In this document: in pieces, positions 13,557 through 59,192 of the stretch
How the letters are laid out: every line of letters starts with the position of its first letter
How positions within the stretch are numbered: position 1 is the first letter of the stretch
Assembly: GCA_964187785.1 (NCBI GenBank)
Contig: OZ076409.1
Span: 25,298,001 to 25,362,000, forward strand
Direction: 5' to 3'
Length of the DNA: 64,000 nt
DNA from: Amphiscolops sp. MND2022
Lineage: Eukaryota
Program-made: the position numbers and the translations under genes
Notes under the pieces: model-generated
The model's input: the letters and a program-made list of their open reading frames with translations, nothing else
Told to the model about the DNA's origin: nothing
Database searches by the model: none

Positions 13557-14274
13557 TTAACGGTGACATGTGGAACTTCAATATAAAATGAATAGAAACT
13601 CATTTGTTATAAATTATAGGACTAGAAATTCATTTGACTGCAGGAAAGAAGTGGGTGGAGGAAAACTTGGAGGTGGAAAGGAAAACCCAATCCCCTAGAT
13701 TTCCCCCATCCCCATCTTTGATAATTCATTTTTACTTGATCACTTATATTTGATTATGAGGATATGCACAGAATCAAAATTCCAAAGAAACAATGCTGAT
13801 ATCGGATTGCTAGTACAGCTCTGTGTTGAAAAACAAGATGCAGGAGTCTATTTTTGGAAAAGGGTTCAAATGTACCCGGTTTTACTTAACATTAGAATAT
13901 CATTTGTTAATTTAGTTTTATTATAAAGTTTTTTATATTAGATTTATATTATTACTTAACCCATCAAATTAGACGCAAATTTTATATATAAAGTTTCAAG
14001 TTTTTCAAGTTCATAAATGCGTCCAATTTGACGGGTTGAGTAAGTCATCAGTCACAGTCGGCTCATACTTTAACACCTAGATTTGATTGGGTAATACCTC
14101 GCATCTGATTGGTACATCCAGTTTTAGTGACTCTTTTTGTGGCCTCCATATTTCTACTTAAATCTATTCATTATATTACAACTCACATCCAACTAGCAGA
14201 CTGTTTAAATCACCGTACAAAGTCCTAATACATTTTTCTCCAATTTGTCCAATTCCAACCATTCTTGAAGAAAG

Positions 14275-17200
14275 ATGCCAGTTGCGCTAAGACGCCGACA
14301 AGGCACTGAAAAAAAACAAGCGGAACCGCCTTCGAAGAGTCGTAAAATTGACCCCCCTGAACCAATCGAAGGAAAAAATACAAGAAATAGACAGCAACCA
14401 AATCTGACTGAGAAGTGTACGACTGCCGCGAAACCTCTGGAAAGAAAGAATCAAAGAAACATTGCGCAAAAATGTCAGAAAGGGACAAATCCTCCGGAAG
14501 AAAGTGTACAACCCTCTCAATCGAGAATTACTCGACAGCCAGTAAAAATGGCAGAGAAACCACCGCATTCGAGAACTACTAGACAGCAAAAAAATGCAGC
14601 TGAGGAAAAAGGACTCACATGCCAAAAAACCACAGATGTCAACCACGAGGAAAAAAATGCGCAAAAATGTCAGAAAGGGACAAATCCTCCGGAAGAAAAT
14701 GTACAGCCCTCTCAATCGAGAATTACTCGACAGCCAGTAAAAATGACAGAGAAACCACCGCACTCGAGAATTACTCGACAGCAAAAAAATGCATCTGAGG
14801 AAAAAGGACTCACAAGCCAAAAATCCACAGACGTCAACCACGAGGACCGCGACAACATGATAGAAAAAAGTATAACGGGCGATGAAAATGAGGAAGTGAC
14901 TTCGAATTTCCACCCCTCAACCACATGCGAAAAAACCACAGACGTCAACCACGAGGACCGCGACAACATGATAGAAAGAAGTCTAACGGGCGATGAAAAT
15001 GAGGAAGTGACTTCGAATTTCCACCCCGCAACCACATGCGGAAAAACCACAGACGTCAACCACGAGGACCGCGACAACATGATAGAAAGAAGTCTAACGG
15101 GCGATGAAAATGAGGAAGTGACTTTGAATTTCCACCCAACTAGTTCTTCAACATTTATAGAAGAACACATAGAAAAACTACAAGATCCCGCAGACGGAAA
15201 CCAGGAGGAAGCCATCGAAATACAACAGCACGAAATCAGAGAAACACCTTTTTTCGACCACCCTTTCGATTTGGACGTAATCAGCGAAAAGTTAGCAGTT
15301 ACGCCCTCAATGGAAAGTCTCCAGTACGATTTCAAAAGGGCTCAAATTCGAACAGTAGATGTATTCAAACGTCCTTACAAACCTTGGGAAATTTTGGGTT
15401 TTGTTGACGCAAAGCTGACGGAAGATTTTATTGACAATACATTTGTCACATCTCATAAGCTCTGCATTCATGAGAATTACCCAGAATTCATCAAAGAGCC
15501 AAAATATGACAAATTGAATCTGATGATGTATCAGTCATATGTGGAGGCAATGGAGTCGGTGGCTTTTGTCCCAACACCCAGCTACGGGGACGGCCAAGGG
15601 TTCACACAACTCGCAGTAGTAGCCGGTAAAACAATTCCACGAAAAAGGCTGATTGGCGGATTGAAGGGATTTACCGCGATAATTGATTCGCAAGACCTGA
15701 AACCTGGCATGGGATTTTCATTGTTTGCCCGAAGTCTAATCCAAAAAGAAGAACGAATCATGTTAGGTGCGGCCAGTTTTCTCAACCACTGTTGCGACCC
15801 AAACTCCAAGTGAGAATGTTTTCAAAAATTTACTAGTTATGATAGTAATACGACAAAAATAAAAGTAATAACCAATTAAAAACCACTGGTTGCACTCAGT
15901 ATCATAGATATGGAGGACAATTTAAACCCCTTGCGGTAGTAAAACGAATAATCCAAAAGCCAAATTAATTTAAATATCCAAGGGCTGGCTTCAAGGCGGA
16001 TTCGATCTCCAGGCCCTGTGCTTGCAAACTTGACGCACTAACCATTCAGCCATCCCACCTACATTTGTTTCTATTTGTAATTAAATAAATTGTGGTTAAG
16101 AATTTGGATTAACTTGAAGCTTCCTCATGCTCAGAATAATTCGAATTTTTTAGATAATATTAGTCTAATACTAACAAAATTAATATTTAATAATATAATG
16201 GTAACATTACAAAAAATACAAATATTATATGTAATATTAATTTGATGTTTTAGATACGTGGTAACTGGGAAAAAAAGTGCAACACTTATTACAATAGAAA
16301 CCATCCGAGAAGTTAAGAAGGGAGAAGAAATAACAGTTTATTACGGCAGTGATTATTTTGGTGAAGATAACAAGGATTGTTTGTGTCCAGAATGCAAAAA
16401 GAAAAAAGTTGCCAAAAGCAACCCTCAAACTAAAGAATTCAATCGAAGCGAAATTCGAACGGAAATTGGAGTTACGTCCCCCGCAGTGGAACTTCATGAA
16501 GATGAATTGAATCAAAGCGAAGTTAGAACAGAAATTGGAGCTACGTCTCCCGAAGTGGAACTTCATGAAGATGAATTGAATCAAAGCGAAGTTAGAACAG
16601 GAGATGAAGGCACCAACACAGTTGAAGCCACACCCCGCGCTGCGCAACCTCCTGTTGCAATGAGCCCACCTCGAGAAGCTTCTGACGATGAGTTGCAGCT
16701 CATCAAACGAGAGAAAAAAGTCAAAAACACGCCGGGGCCAAAACAGTGTATTGTGTGCAAAAAACTTTTTCTACGTATGGACAAACACATCGAGACACAT
16801 GCCGATCGTTTGCCTGAAACTAAATGGCGACGGTTCATCTTGGATTTCTACCGCTGCCGAAATGCGCCACCAAACATGAAAATTTATGACTGTTCGGCAT
16901 GCTTCAGACGTTTCAGGTCACTGCCTACGCATAAGTATGGTCCCAAATGTTCTCCCGCTTCAATTACAGAAGTCCCAAACCCGGGAAGCCGAAGTTCACT
17001 TCCCGACGAAATCAGAAAAGCACTGAAGTCGGATGTACTGCCCAGCCAAAACGACTTGGAAATAGCTGAAAAATTTATTGAGTATAGAAATCAACTGGCA
17101 GTCTGTGGGGGAAATGAGAAATGGAGCCAAGACAGACTGGGGATGAAACAGCTCATGGCCATGTTTTATCAAAGAACAAATGGATTGACTCAACCAGAAT

Positions 17201-19904
17201 GTCTAGTGCAAACTTGCCTACAAATTCAAAAAGAAAGGAACCTTAAACCCCAAACAATGTTAAGTTACCTGTCCACGTTCGTTCTTTTCTGTGATTATTG
17301 TTTCCTCTATGGCGTAGGCGTGAGTTCAACCTCAAATGGAGACCGAATTAAAGCAGCAATTAAGGATGCCAGAAAAGCGTTTGCCCCGGCCGCTGTACAA
17401 AATTACAGAGAAACAGCGCAGGAAATGATGACAAAGGTCCCCAGTAGCACTTTGGTGAGACTTAGAATCAAACAAATTGTGGAGAAGTTGCAAAACAACT
17501 TAGAGGAGAATGTTTTCAACTACAAAATTCAGCAGAGCTTGAATTTTTTCCTGCTTCAAGCTAGAATTAACACACGGTACGTACTTTGGAATAATTTTTT
17601 GAAACAAATTGAACTCACCTGCAATTCTAGTAAAGCTGGTAGAAAACTGAAAACGATTAACTAACAGATTTGTTGGATGGGTAAACAGAGGTAGTAAGTT
17701 GAAGTTGCAGCAAAAGGGGATAATTCAAGTTTGTGAATAATGAAAGTGAATTCCAATGTGAATTTTTCAAGTGTATAATTCAAGAATTAGTTTTGTTATG
17801 AATTCATACTGAAATTAAAAGTTTACAACGTTGAAGTGGAAGAAAAGTAAACTAAAAACATCTAAGAGTTATTGTGATTGGAATTTACAAATTCACTGTA
17901 CTAGGTGAACCAAACCAACTTTTGAGTACTCAAAATTCCGAATATTTGTCAACAAACGTTTCAAAGCTTTGAAAGTGAGAACGAAATGACTGGTATAGAC
18001 GTCTAGACTATTTTTGATGGTTAAAACCAAATGATTGATGGTTAAAATGATTGATAGATAAAATTGAGAGATTCACGTTTTTTTGGTTCACCTAGAATAG
18101 GAATATCAGTTGACAATCATTCAGTTCAACAGAACAGTTAATCAATACACGCACTCTGTACGCAGAGAAAGATAAGATGATTCAGTTCTGCACACAACGT
18201 ATTTCACACTACATGCACTGTGTACGCACAGAATGATTCAGTTCTGCACACAACGTATTTCACACTACATGCACTATTTACGCACAGAATGATTCATTTC
18301 TGCACACAACGTGTTTCACAATACACGCAGTGTATGCACAGACTCATTCACTTCTGCTCTAAACGTGGCTGCTGATATTACACCGTAAACACTGTAAATA
18401 GAGTCAACGGCATTTTTGGAAGAAAGTTTATTTGAATTTAGGAAAAATATTTTGATACTAATGTTTCAGGATATTACAAAAGTAGAATTCATTTCAAAGT
18501 TAATCAAAGTTATGAATCAAAGTTAATAAATCATGAGTTATAGTTCAAAGTTGTTCTCCAAAATTTGGAATTCAATAAATTTTAAGGTTTTTTACAAAAT
18601 TCCATATGCTTTCTAGCATGTGAAATTATAATTCAGATGACAATATATAATTTAGATAAGAAAATATAATGAAGATTATATGATAAAACGGAGATAATAA
18701 AATATATTCAAGATGATAAAATATAACTAAGATGATATAATATAATGTTATATTATGATCTAATATTAATATAAAAATATATAATTTAATAATGATTCAG
18801 ATGAGAAATTATAGTGTTGATGAACAGATAATTTTTGCTGATTTATTCATGCTGATTTATTTTAGAGCGGGACCAATCTTACAGTTGAATTGGGAAGAAT
18901 TTGAGTCAATTTGTGAGACAAATATGGGTCTGACTACAAACAAACATAAAACTGGGAAGTTTTATACAGTTCACCTGTACGTCAACCAAGATCAGAGACC
19001 ACTGCTGCGGAAAATGCGACAGACCTACATTGACGAATTTAATGCCACCCCACGATATATATTTTCATCGCCGAAGAACAAAGTCGAGTCCAGCATTTGC
19101 GCCAACCTCCAAGAAACTTTTCAGAAGGTTTTTGGGGACAATCCAGCTGAAGTTCGGTTTAATGCCAACTCAATAAGGAAGTACTGGGAGCGTCGCTGGC
19201 TCGTGATTCAGAAACAAGTCAGTGATGGTGTTTCGAAGGCGCATTTTGCGCAAACTGCGCATAGCAAAAAAACAGCTGAAGAAAATTACTTGGAAAAAAA
19301 CGGCACCCCAGAAGATCGAAACATACTCTTTGCAACATACGGCAAAGATTTAGAACGTTCGGACATTGAACAAGAGGAACCCGAAACAGCACCGCCCAAC
19401 GAATCAGTAGAATCCGACTTTGAAGATGATATGCCAACTGTGAAGCCTCAGCACATTCAAAAGCCAAAGGTACCACCAAAGCCAACTCTTCGATTCAATC
19501 CCCTAAGAGACTCTCTTCAAAACGACCCCTCTAGGTCCCCCCTAGTGGCATCCCCTCTTGTGGCATCCTCTTCCTGTGCCCAACTTCCTGTGGCCCAACT
19601 TCCATCAATTTCTGCAGTCGCGGGCCGAAATAAAGAGAGAGAATCCTTAACTTCAACACTTGAGACCATTGATACCCCGAAGAAGAAATATTTTGCATCG
19701 TTGAAATCCTTCAGAGTCAAACCCAATAGGCCCCCATGGACGGAAGAGGAGAAGAAAGCATGTATGTTCTTCGAAGACTACCCTTACGTCAATCGAGTTG
19801 AGGTAGAAAAACGAATCCAAGAATGTGGAATCACTCTGACAGCTGCAGCCTATGACAGGATTTGGGCAAAAATTAAGACTGCAAGACAAGTTTTGAAGAA
19901 GTAA
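14275..19904 (+). CDS. SET(Suv4-20/KMT5B-like)-zinc finger-tyrosine recombinase-Myb/SANT fusion, 3 exons (14275-15809, 16254-17576, 18866-19904), ~1298 aa
   Basis: Two phase-2 GT-AG introns give a stop-free 3897-nt frame. Junction 1 rebuilds SET: FSLF...MLGAASFLNHCCDPNSK|YV...REVKKGEEITVYYGSDYFGEDNKDCLCPEC. Junction 2 rebuilds the YR arginine motif: RINTR|AGPIL. Also KHKT (K), NANSIRK (H/NxxR), TAHSKKTAEENY (H...Y), a CIVC..H...H finger, and a C-terminal RPPWTEEEK...WAKIK Myb-like segment. Confidence 0.85.
14464..15140 (+). repeat. In-frame coding tandem repeats (195-nt unit x2, 111-nt unit x3)
   Basis: AQKCQKGTNPPEE... starts at 14464 and 14659. TDVNHEDRDNMIE.S.TGDENEEVT.NFHP occurs three times at 111-nt spacing. 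Confidence 0.9.
15903..15943 (+). repeat. Internal direct copy of element B left terminus
   Basis: 15904-15943 is identical to 12206-12245 (40 bp). Confidence 0.92.
15984..16059 (-). other. tRNA-like (Pol III A/B box) sequence in intron 1 of element B
   Basis: Minus strand GGGATGGCTGAATGGTTAGTGCG...TTTGCAA...GATCGAATCCGCC. Stems are imperfect. Confidence 0.5.
18117..18358 (+). repeat. 56-bp minisatellite (~4 diverged units) in intron 2 of element B
   Basis: TGATTCAGTTCTGCACACAACGTATTTCACACTACATGCACT... starts at 18178, 18234 and 18290, with degenerate flanking units. Confidence 0.88.
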
Positions 19905-20584
19905 ACGAGTTGAAGGAGTAGTTGTTATAAACTTGTTATGAACTTTTCTTTTCCTTTCTTGGTGCTCTTAAAGAATTCATCCTTTTCCTCCGTTCTATTG
20001 CTTTCTTATAATAATTATTATATAATCTTATTATATTTTATATTATAATATTTTATTATTTTACATAATTATTATATTATATAATATTACTTTTATATTC
20101 ATTTCAATTTAAAAAAGTTTTAACTTCCTTATTTCTTCTTGAAATTTAAGGACGCGAGTTTTGGTCAAGGACCGTTAATTTGAAAGATGAATGGTAACAT
20201 TTTTGAAATGAGTTTTTCGAAATTCAATAAATAACGTTAAATAAATAGCTTTAAAAAACGTAAAATCTTCCGTCAAATTGAAAGTTAAATAACAAATTTG
20301 AACGACTAAAATTGAAATTCATTTTACTAAGGTCCAAAACAGCAGGAATTCGCGTGACTAACATCAAAAAAGGTAATTTCCTTAATGAATAACCCAAATT
20401 TTTTCTACTCTGCTGAAATTATTTCAAAATGGTTCTTCAAATAATGACGGTAGTAAGCTAACAGAGGACAATTTAAAATTAATACTCAGTATTAAGCCCT
20501 TTTAAATTGGCACTTCGAGCAATAGAGACTTATTAAATTGGTATCAGAATACTAAATGACTACTTAAAATGTCCTCCATATCAT

Positions 20585-23162
<2,578 letters not shown>

Positions 23163-23480
23163 TTTTCGAATATCGTTCACTAAAATACTTCTCAAGAGCG
23201 GCAAGTGCTTTCTCATAAGTGTCATTTTCTGGTAAATCTTCAAAAATTTCGTAAACTTTTGGATGACGATTTGCAAGTAAGATTGCCCGCTTGTCCGTAC
23301 AAGGTAGCGCTGAATAATTGGAAGCTCTCATAGTTTTTGAACATAGATTTCCACAACTTCCACTCGGTGGTCTTATCCTCATGATCAAACGGTTGAGGAG
23401 GTTTGACATGATGTCTCAGTTGTGGAGGCGTTGACATGTCAGAGTGTATGATGCTTCGTCACTCAGTAGTGCAATAATAA
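23163..23480 (-). pseudogene. Ty3/Gypsy-type gag N-terminus (frameshifted) with a degenerate PBS-like sequence upstream
   Basis: MSTPPQ..KPPQPFD...EWKLWKSMFKNY / DKRAILL...VYEIFEDL..DTYEKALAALEKYF. Upstream on the minus strand is ACTAC-TGAGTGACGAAG. Confidence 0.65.
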
Positions 23481-23512
23481 TATAAACAATAACCCGCCAA
23501 ATATGCTGCTGA

Positions 23513-23862
23513 GGGTGGCTGTAAATAGGTCGAATTTTTCTGGTCGAAACGACTGAGGTCGAAGCTTTTGATCGAATTACAGGGATCGAATGGAATGCGG
23601 TCGACTTTTATCGTATTTGTTGTATGGCTCGGTCGCTTCGCTCCCTTCGCCAAGTAGCAACATTGAGGCATGGCCACATGGCACGTCGCTCCGCTTCGCT
23701 TCGCTCCTGCATTCAGGGCACTAGGGGTATGTGAACATATCTGACTACGTTATAAAAATTTCGATCCGAGTTGATTCGATCCCATTCAAAAATTTGGTAT
23801 TGTCGACCTGAGGACTAACTCTGATTTTCGATCCCGTTCCTTCGACCTGTTTCCGCCCACCC
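23513..23862. mobile_element. Mutator-like MITE
   Basis: TIR GGGTGG..AAATAGGTCGAA / TTCGACCTGTTT..CCACCC. Perfect 9-bp TSD TGCTGCTGA at 23504-23512 and 23863-23871. Confidence 0.8.
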
Positions 23863-24596
23863 TGCTGCTGATATTTGATAATAATCTTGCTGACTGCGCC
23901 AATTGTCACGTGTCCGAGCCAAAACAAGATTATAAGAGTAATGTTAATTCAACATAATGCAATGATAAAGAGTGACATCGTAACCATACATCTGGAATGC
24001 AACATATACATTAGAATATATAAGCAATAAATTATGCATGTAATGCCTAGAGATCGAGGCAAACAAAGTATAACGTCACATACTGTCACATCCCGAAGGT
24101 TAATTGATCTCTTCTTCTTCATCTATTTCATGGGACTCGTTCTTTCGACCCCCAGAATTTTTCCTTTTTTCCCTCCATCAGATATCATGGATCCTCGTCA
24201 TCAATCAAGTGCCATGTGTACCATCATGTTGGGGGGAGAAGACACACACCCGTGGTCTGCAACGAACGTAGGAAACCCCATACTAGCCACTATCCCAGTC
24301 GACTGGTATAAATTTTTGAAGCTGCAATGATATAGAGGTTTTTTTTAGAAATAAACTATTTTTAATAAATTTCTTCGAACACATCTCTGTCACTCACAGT
24401 TCCTAGAACACAGGCCGCATTGCCGATCTGAAGAGCCATTGAAATCCGCTACTTCAAAAAGCTGCCAGCTCGTTGATCGTCGTGCGAATCGCCGAGAATA
24501 GTTAATTTTGATGAAATACCTGTATGATCTCATCATTTTGTGGCATATGCCCTCTAATTGCTCACAAATCATAGTGTTTCAGATTATTATTCCAAA

Positions 24597-24815
24597 ATGA
24601 AAATTTCAAGAATGGACAGATTTTTTAACATCCTCCACAAAAGTGCAGTCTTCGGATTAATAGGAGCAACCGTTTTCCTCGGTGTACAAATTATTACTTT
24701 GCTTCCTGGAGCGAGGGAAACAAATCGGAAACAGTTGAAGGTTGACAGAGAGGAATATGTGAAAAAACTTGAGAAGAGTGGAGAAACTGGTGGAGTTACA
24801 GACGGATCGAATTAA
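24597..24815 (+). CDS. Small single-TM protein, COX14-like cytochrome c oxidase assembly factor (72 aa)
   Basis: DRFFNILHKSAVFGLIGATVFLG followed by a charged helical tail resembles the COX14 family pattern D..H+..V..L.G.T...G. A splice acceptor TTTCAG lies just upstream (24577-24582). Family assignment is from memory of the motif. Confidence 0.55.
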   Translation: MKISRMDRFFNILHKSAVFGLIGATVFLGVQIITLLPGARETNRKQLKVDREEYVKKLEKSGETGGVTDGSN

Positions 24816-25107
24816 CTCATTTCTTTCCAAGTGTCGATGAGAATTGCTGCCGATCGAAATTTCTACAGCTTCTCAGTTGGCTGTATACCTTCGAAAACTG
24901 ACTTTTGGTTAAGATTAACAGGCTTTTTGGAAACCTATTTTTAAATTAGTGACTTAATATTAGTTTATCCTCCAACCGCTCAATTTTATATACATTTTTG
25001 ATTTTCAGAGCTCGTAATTATAGATTAACTGATTTTTTTGAAAGATTTCAGAAACGATTGTTGACATGTGAGCCGGCAGCTCTCGAAGGAGGCTCTCCCG
25101 CCTTGAG

Positions 25108-54853
<29,746 letters not shown>

Positions 54854-55161
54854 GTACTTTTCAACTGATGCATGCATATACAGTTGTGGCAAAAATGTTT
54901 AGTGCTACGATCCGTGACAAAAGTTTTGGACGAAAGATAAGTTCTAAAATTTCGCAATTAAATTGCTTAAAATAGCAAATTTCAAAACCAAGTATCTTGA
55001 AAATTGTCAATTTGCAATTTCCAACATTCTCAATATGGGTCGTTGAAATTTCAAACGAACATTTTTGTGAACTAGATAAAATTCCGACAAATTTTTGAAG
55101 CTGACATTTTTGTATTTGTGACAGTTTGAGATATTTGGTTTTCAAATTTGCCCTTTGAAGC

Positions 55162-57770
55162 AATGGATTTGTGTTATTATTTTCCGCCCATATTTCATAT
55201 GGGAAAGGAAAATATTTAAATCAAACGGTTTTTTTACAAAATTTGCCAAGAAATAATTTCACCGAAACTAAATTTAACTTTATGGGCGTTACCCATAGAA
55301 TTCAACTGACATAAATTTAGCTTGGTGCGATATGTATCTGTGGAGAATTCTGGACTTTTTCAGTTGACCCCAAGGACCCCAGAATGACCCAAAAAAAGAG
55401 AATTTGCAAAAATTCCAATTTTTCTACGTTTCAATGCATTTTTTTGATAGATATCGTGAATTAGAATTTTGAAAACGTTCAACAAGGCACGAAATCGTTG
55501 TCCAGTAGTCTTCTATAGTGAGATAATTGCTCTTTTCCAAATGAACAAGATCTCGAATAGACACCAAAAATGACAAAAAACCAAAAATTTTCCGATTTTT
55601 ACCTTTTTTATGCAATTTTTGTCAAATTTCCGATAGACTTCGTGGATTAAAATGTTGAAAACGCTCAAAATGGCACAAATTCGTTGCCCAGTAAACTTTT
55701 GTGGAGAGATAATGGCTGTTTTCTAAATGAAAAATATCTAAAATTGTCACCGAAAATTACAATATTCAATTGTCACCGAAAACTTTGAAAATTGACAAAA
55801 ATATTCAAAGTTTTCCAATTTTTAAAGTTTTTATGCAATTTCTGTCACAATTTCGACAGACTTCGAGAATTAAAATGTTGAAAACGTTCACCAAGGTAGC
55901 AACTCGTTGTCCAGTAGTCTTTAAAGATGAGATAAAGTCAGTTTTTTAATCGAAAAGAGTCTAAATTTGACACCGAAATTGACAAAAACCCCCAAAATTT
56001 TCAATTTTCAAAGATTTCATGCAGTTTTTTCCAAATTTCAAAAACTCAGGAAATTGGAATATTGGATCGAGTCCACAAGGAGTGAATTGGATATCCATTA
56101 TGCTTAGTGAAGAGATAAATGCAGTTTTGTAAATAAAAATTGTCTGGAATTGACATCGGAAAAGACAAGTTTAAAAATTTTCCTATTTTCACCATTTTTG
56201 TTCAATTTTTGTCAAACTGTCGATAGAATTCGTAGACTACAATGGTAAAACCCCTAAACAATGGGGAAATTGTTGTTTTTGTGAACTTTCGCCAAGAGAT
56301 AATTTCAATTTCTCCAAATTGATCCTGAAATTGTCGAAAAATTCGAAGATTTTGTCGTTTTTGATGCAATTTCTGTTGAATTTCCGAGATTTTTCGTCAA
56401 AGGTTCCAACACAATCAACAACGAAAGAACGAGCTATGGATTACATTTTTTGAAGAGAACGTTTCAGCGTTTTGCTTCAAAAACACTTCAGAATGACTCC
56501 AAATAGTCCAAACATTCAACATCTTCGTTTTTACACAACCTATGTCTACTTTTTGAATCGTTTTGGAATCAGAATGATGGTAAACGTTCAACAAAGATTG
56601 AACTCAGACTTCTGTCGGCTTTCAAAGAAATATTTGCAGACTTCGGTTGAAAAAAGGATCAAAATTGACCGCAAAAATTTGAAAGTGTCAAAATTTTTGT
56701 CGATTCCTGGCATTTCAGTTTATTTTAATTTGAGATTGGAACATTTTGGTAAGATAAAAGCTTCAAAGAACTCCAGATGATAAAACTAGACCCACAGCAC
56801 GTTTTTAAAAGAAACCCACAGCACGTTACATATTATATGGCAGAGAGTTTCTTCAGAATGACCCAAAAGTTGCAGAAATTGAGAATTTTCTAGTTTTCAA
56901 AAAAATTTTGGGCAGTTTTTTGTACAATTTTTGAGCTACTATCTTGCATAAAAAGTTTTAAAGGCTCAACAAGGACTACTCTTGGTATCCAGTAGACAAT
57001 TTTAAAGATATCATTGCAATGTTTTGTTGGAATTGGCCTCAGAGCACCCAAAATCCATTGAACAAAAAGGCACGTTTTTTGACAAATTATTCCCAATTTT
57101 TGTTCAAACCACAAAATTGCTCGTAGAATAGAGAACTTCCATTGACCCGAGCGTTGAAACAATAGGGCATTCAAAACGCAAGTTGGGAAAAAAAGTAGGC
57201 AGAAGTTCGTCGAGTTTACAACAAAGGTGTCAAAAGTTCTGATTTTCCTCACTTTCCAACAATGTAGTCCCACTTTTGGACACTTTCCGAAAATTTAATT
57301 CAATCGGAAAACCCATAGGCTCAAGGTTGAAACGTGTAGCTACAGGTAGTGTTTCGAAAATATATCAGACGAGCTTATTCGCACAACATAAACTAGTTGA
57401 AAACGTAAATTTCGACCTTATTTGTCAAACATTCAATATTCAGTAAGCTCCAAGCAAAGTTACTAGATACCGAGTAAACCTTCCAAAGGAAAATGTTTCG
57501 AACTAGTAGAGTGGGTTAGAATGGTCTAAGCATTCAACAACAACTAAAATCCTTGTCCAGTAGGCTTGTTTGCGAAGAGACATGTGTAGATTCATTTAAG
57601 AAAAGTTCTCCAAATTGATCCCACAGTTTTCGAAAATATTTCCAATTTTTGACACTTCTGGTGGAACTATGTGCAATAATACAACAAACTGGGACCGCTC
57701 AAGTTTCCTACACTTGCAAATGACCTAGTTTCAAGATTATACTATTTTCTCAGTGCCAAAAATTACCCCC
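55162..57770 (-). repeat. Long dispersed repeat with degenerate ~120-bp tandem units (boundaries approximate)
   Basis: Recurring TTGAAAACGTTCAACAAG...CGTTGTCCAGTAG units; inverted relative of 45300-47630. Confidence 0.6.
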
Positions 57771-59192
57771 AAGAATTACGCCTGAGACTCGGAGACCATT
57801 CTTTCCCCAACAGGAATCTCAAAAGCCAATTTTTTGATTTTTTTTTCGATAAAGACCTTGGATGGCAAAACAAGTTTCAGCTCACAAACTATCTTTCTCA
57901 TGCTGAAATCAGCTATGAAATCAAGGAGGTACCCTTCGACCAATTGAAAATTTCGGAAAGACGCACAGAGCTGAAAAAAACTGAAATGAGGTATTTTCCA
58001 CAATTAATAAGAAACCTCATCAGTTCCACATGATCAAAAGTACCAAAGAGGTCACCCTCAAAACTCGGGAAACTTATTTACTTTACAGAAAACATCAAAA
58101 ACTAAAAAATGCGGAAAATGTCCTTTTACTCGGTAAGTTGCATAATGCCCAAAAAACGAAAACTGGCCAGCTATCGCAGAAGTAATAAAATAGGAGTTTC
58201 CTTTAAAAATGGGCAAAGCTGAATCAAAACTTTCTTTTCTTTCTCAGCATTTTTATAGAGCATTGGCTATTTTTGAGCCTCAAATTTATGTAGTTTCAGA
58301 ACAGTTCGAGGCGGAAAATATCTCGCTGCTCAGCGGGCGTCTTGTTTTAGAACGCTACTGTACATTAGATGTATTGACGGCTACTCGAAAACTACAACTC
58401 ATTTCAGAACATTTGTCTAACTAGAAGTTTTTTGCAATTTCAATTAGATTACAATTGAATCGTTCCCTAAATTCAAGGATCAAAATTGCAAAAGTGCGTA
58501 AGAACACCTTCACATGTATTAAAATGGAAGTGTGGTTCGGTATAACTTAACCTACTATAATATTTGCACCCTATTTACTGTCGAATGCAAATTCCCTATT
58601 GATGGGAATCCTGACTTTCAACACCGTCATTTCATTTTCATTCAAAGCCAAAATCATTCTGTTTGAGATTTTTGTACCCAATCTTATACAGTGTTTTGGA
58701 AGACTAGCTGCATAAACTGCGAACTTTGACTTCAAAATTGTAGAATGTTACTTTTGCTGGAGAAAAGTTGCTCGGGATTGGATGTAATTTACAAATGTAT
58801 TTCTTTGAAAATTCTGTGGCAGTTATCGAGAAAGTTCCACATGACTGATTAGCCTGAACAGGTTATTCAGACTTTTGATTGTTTCGTTTGATTTTATTTT
58901 CGGATGAGTTTTGTGCTCAACGAAGCATATAAATCGCCTGAAGCCAGTAATTGAACTTGATTCGAAAATGTTTCAACTTCATCGTGAGTTTTCGAAGACA
59001 TCACTGTACCCCGATTGAAAGTTTTCAATCTCATGAAATCAGATAGCCGAATTGCTAGCGTCTGGATGAGGGAAGGAACAATTTTCTATAAATGGGTTGA
59101 TGACAATACTGTTAATACTCTGTGAGGGGTTTATTTGAAGCAGGGATTGAACTTGGGTACAACTTGACTCTGTAGAATCATGTTTTATTTTT

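Noticed and set aside
13475..16059. Genuine tRNA genes
   Set aside because: A and B boxes are present but acceptor and anticodon stems do not pair properly; kept only as tRNA-like.
18117..18358. Regularly spaced repeats resembling a CRISPR array
   Set aside because: Whole 56-bp units repeat with no unique spacers, in a eukaryotic intron with no cas genes: a minisatellite.
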